DNA of 64,000 nucleotides, from NCBI GenBank assembly GCA_017654855.1, contig CM030337.1:2728001-2792000 (forward strand), written 5' to 3'. Shown piece by piece: positions 61,511 to 64,000 of this stretch (positions within the stretch are counted from its first letter, which is position 1; the number at the start of each line of letters is the position of its first letter). Origin of the DNA: Podospora anserina (lineage: Eukaryota). The notes under the pieces are model-generated. The model worked only from the letters and a program-made list of their open reading frames with translations. It ran no database searches and was not told the DNA's origin. A program made the position numbers and the translations under genes.

Positions 61511-64000
61511 ATGGCACAGTCAGCTCTCCTAGAGGTCCGGCAGATCCAAAACGACAAGCTCACGTCTGAGTATAGAGGCAAGCTCTCCAATCAGTTCGTC
61601 GACGAGTTGAAATGCTCTACGCTCTTTCAAGCCGACTGGTCCGAGCTCATCAGCGCCGCTCCCACTGCGCTCTCGTTGATGGGTTCTCTTTGGGTCGCAG
61701 CAGCAGACCCCATGGCCGAGAAGATTTCAATGGCCAAGTGCATGCCCACAGATGGTTTCCGATATATGACGAAGCGGGCTGAGCCAACGCTCAGATCATG
61801 CCTGGTTGATGGTATTCAGACTCTGTCCCCCAAATTACGGAGATTGTACGTTGCTAACCGCATGCAGTCTGCAACAACGGTGGACGAGCGGCCTTCACCA
61901 AAGCAGGTGCCAATATGGACGCACTGGAGATAAACAGCAGGCGTATCTGCGAGGAGCGGGTGAGTCGGTAGAATGATCTCGACGCTTGTCATCGGTGCTC
62001 ATGATGACTACCTAGATTCCTATGGTGTTCAAGCGTCTTGGGCCCTGCACCAAGGGGGAAGAGGAGCTGGAGGACTTCCGCGATGCGCTTGACGCTTTCA
62101 ACAAGGACGCAAAGCGATGCGCCGCTCTCGCCACCGAAACTCGCGAGGCATTCACAAAATGGGGCCTGATGGTCGGCGAGCTGAATGCCTGCACTGAAGC
62201 GGAATCCGGGAGAGCGTCGATTCAGAAGGACGCCATCAAGATTGACGAGGACGTGGCCAGGGTTCGGGCTCAATTCGAACGAATACAAGAGAAAACGGCG
62301 GTGGAGGAAGTAAAAGCGGCCGAAGTGGCTCTCAAGCGAGCCGAGAAACGTCTCGACACAGCTATCGACAAAATTCCCGGGCCGCTGGAGAACCTTGTGA
62401 CAGGTATTGTAAATGGGTACGTCTCGGCGATCCCCACCATCGTCTCTGCCGCTATTCCGGCCATTATGGCCAGCGTGAGTCCGGTGGGTGCAATGACTTC
62501 GGCAATCTCCTCGGTGAAGCAAGGCGTCGGCGCTGTGTTTCCTGGCGGCCACGCGGGCGCAGTCCCAGAATCAGCAATCACAGCCCCCGCAGTGCTAAGA
62601 GACCCCTCATACGCGGCAGCTATCGCGATTCGCGACTTGGTCAACCACTACTATGAGTATCTTGGTGGCGAGACTGGCGAATTTGATCAGTCGAAGTTTG
62701 TCGAGCATGAAGAGGCTGGGGCTCAGGGGATTCCCCAAGGAGTGTCATACTTTCTTGGGACCCTGGAAGGGCAGCAAGCCCAGCTGGAGTCCACAAATAC
62801 TGCTGCCAACAAAAAAATGCAGGCTGTGTTCAGCACACTCATCAAAGTTGGTTGAATATGCCCAGGTCTTGCAGTTGAAACGCATCGTGCACTGACACTC
62901 CACAGGTGACCAAGGACATTCGGACGCACTTGAGGGAAGGCGAGAATGGCATGTCTGATGCAAGGTTACCGGCTGACAGCCTGCGGAAATGGAAGAAGAG
63001 CGTCAAGAAAGCCCAGCAGGATGTCCTCCGCCTGAGCGTGGCTGGAAACACAGCTAGCTCTACCAATGTGCCGAATCCCTTTGCAAACATCAAAGTCAAC
63101 CCAGTGGACACCTCAGCCCGTAAGACTTTCCTATCCGTACTCGCAATGCGTCCCATCCTGACCCAAAATCACAGAGACTGCCCAGCTCAACTCAGCCATG
63201 CAAGCAGTCCAGCTGGCTCAGTCAGCGGCCGACGCCAAGCAAGACGCATACGACAGTGCCCTGATAAAACAAGCCAGGACCGCAGCAATGATGGTTGAGA
63301 TCCAGCAAAAGCTCACTCGACTCCAGGCGCAGGGCCGAACACTCGAGGAGATCAAGTCGGTTCTCCGCAGCTGTATCTCAATCCTGGTCGACCTCACGGT
63401 GCAGATTGCCAAGATCGAACAGTTCTTCACCATGCTGAGCACGGTCATCGACGAGATCATCCTGGTGCGCGCTGCCGAGTTCACGACCGAGATGGGCAAG
63501 GCCGGCCGGCGTGCCAAGGTCAACGGGCGGCTCAAGGTCGATGATCTATCAAAGCAGACCATCTACACCGCGACGCTACAGCTCAAGGGCTACTTTTCAG
63601 TCTTGCAAGACATCAGCTCCATGTACAACCGAGTAGACAAGCCCCATGTACGCGACGGTCTGGACCTTTGCAGCGAGCTGTCCAAGGGCGCGGCTCTCGG
63701 AAATGGCACAATGGAGATGCAAGATCGGTTGACCAGATACATGGAGGGGTCCGGTGCGGCCGTCGCCAGGATTGTGAAGGAAAAACAGGAAGAGCTCACT
63801 CTTGGTCTTCGCAGGCGCATCGATCAGGCGGCAAAGACAGCGCTCGAAATGGAGAGGGCCATTTCCTCCCATGGGCTTGTTGTGGATCAGGAAGCGAAGC
63901 ATGCCATCCAGGCTGGTGCTGAGACGGCCAAAGAGGATGCGAAGAAGCAAATAGAGGCAGCCATGTGGGCAGGCGAGAGAGACAGCTCAGAAGAAATTGA
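61511..64000 (+). CDS. Large all-helical protein with central hydrophobic segment (runs off the window)
   Basis: Exons 61511-61811, 61868-61959, 62016-62846, 62906-63119, 63175->64000 join in frame. DWSELISAAPTALSLMG, LRSCLVDVCNNG, coiled coils around LVTGIVNGYVSAIPTIVSAAIPAIMASVSPVGAM. Confidence 0.85.

Overview
Eukaryotic, intron-containing DNA from a filamentous ascomycete. Short GT-AG introns with CTRAC branch sites and genes that run C-rich at the 5' end and G-rich at the 3' end suggest Sordariales, probably Podospora-like (inference). Housekeeping genes (ALG9, NAF1, a TM-SH3 protein, CHIP/STUB1, ProRS, CCT1, a GNAT, a CE1 esterase, ESF1) alternate with accessory, immunity-flavoured segments. 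Most notable is a tail-to-tail pair at 0.6-4.9 kb: a helical-repeat/CHAT caspase-like protease and a fungal gasdermin-like protein with an acidic C-terminal tail, a putative protease-activated cell-death module. Other candidates are a HET-domain gene next to an orphan and an ISG12/IFI6-like gene (42.8-47 kb), a 365-aa orphan with an amphipathic N-terminus plus a decayed copy (32.8-36.4 kb), and a NACHT-ankyrin NLR pseudogene followed by a head-to-head pair of helical proteins that may form a two-component pore former (56.7-64 kb). Several degenerate paralog relics, some with RIP-like damage, point to local gene birth and death. All family calls come from motif recognition by eye; no searches were run.
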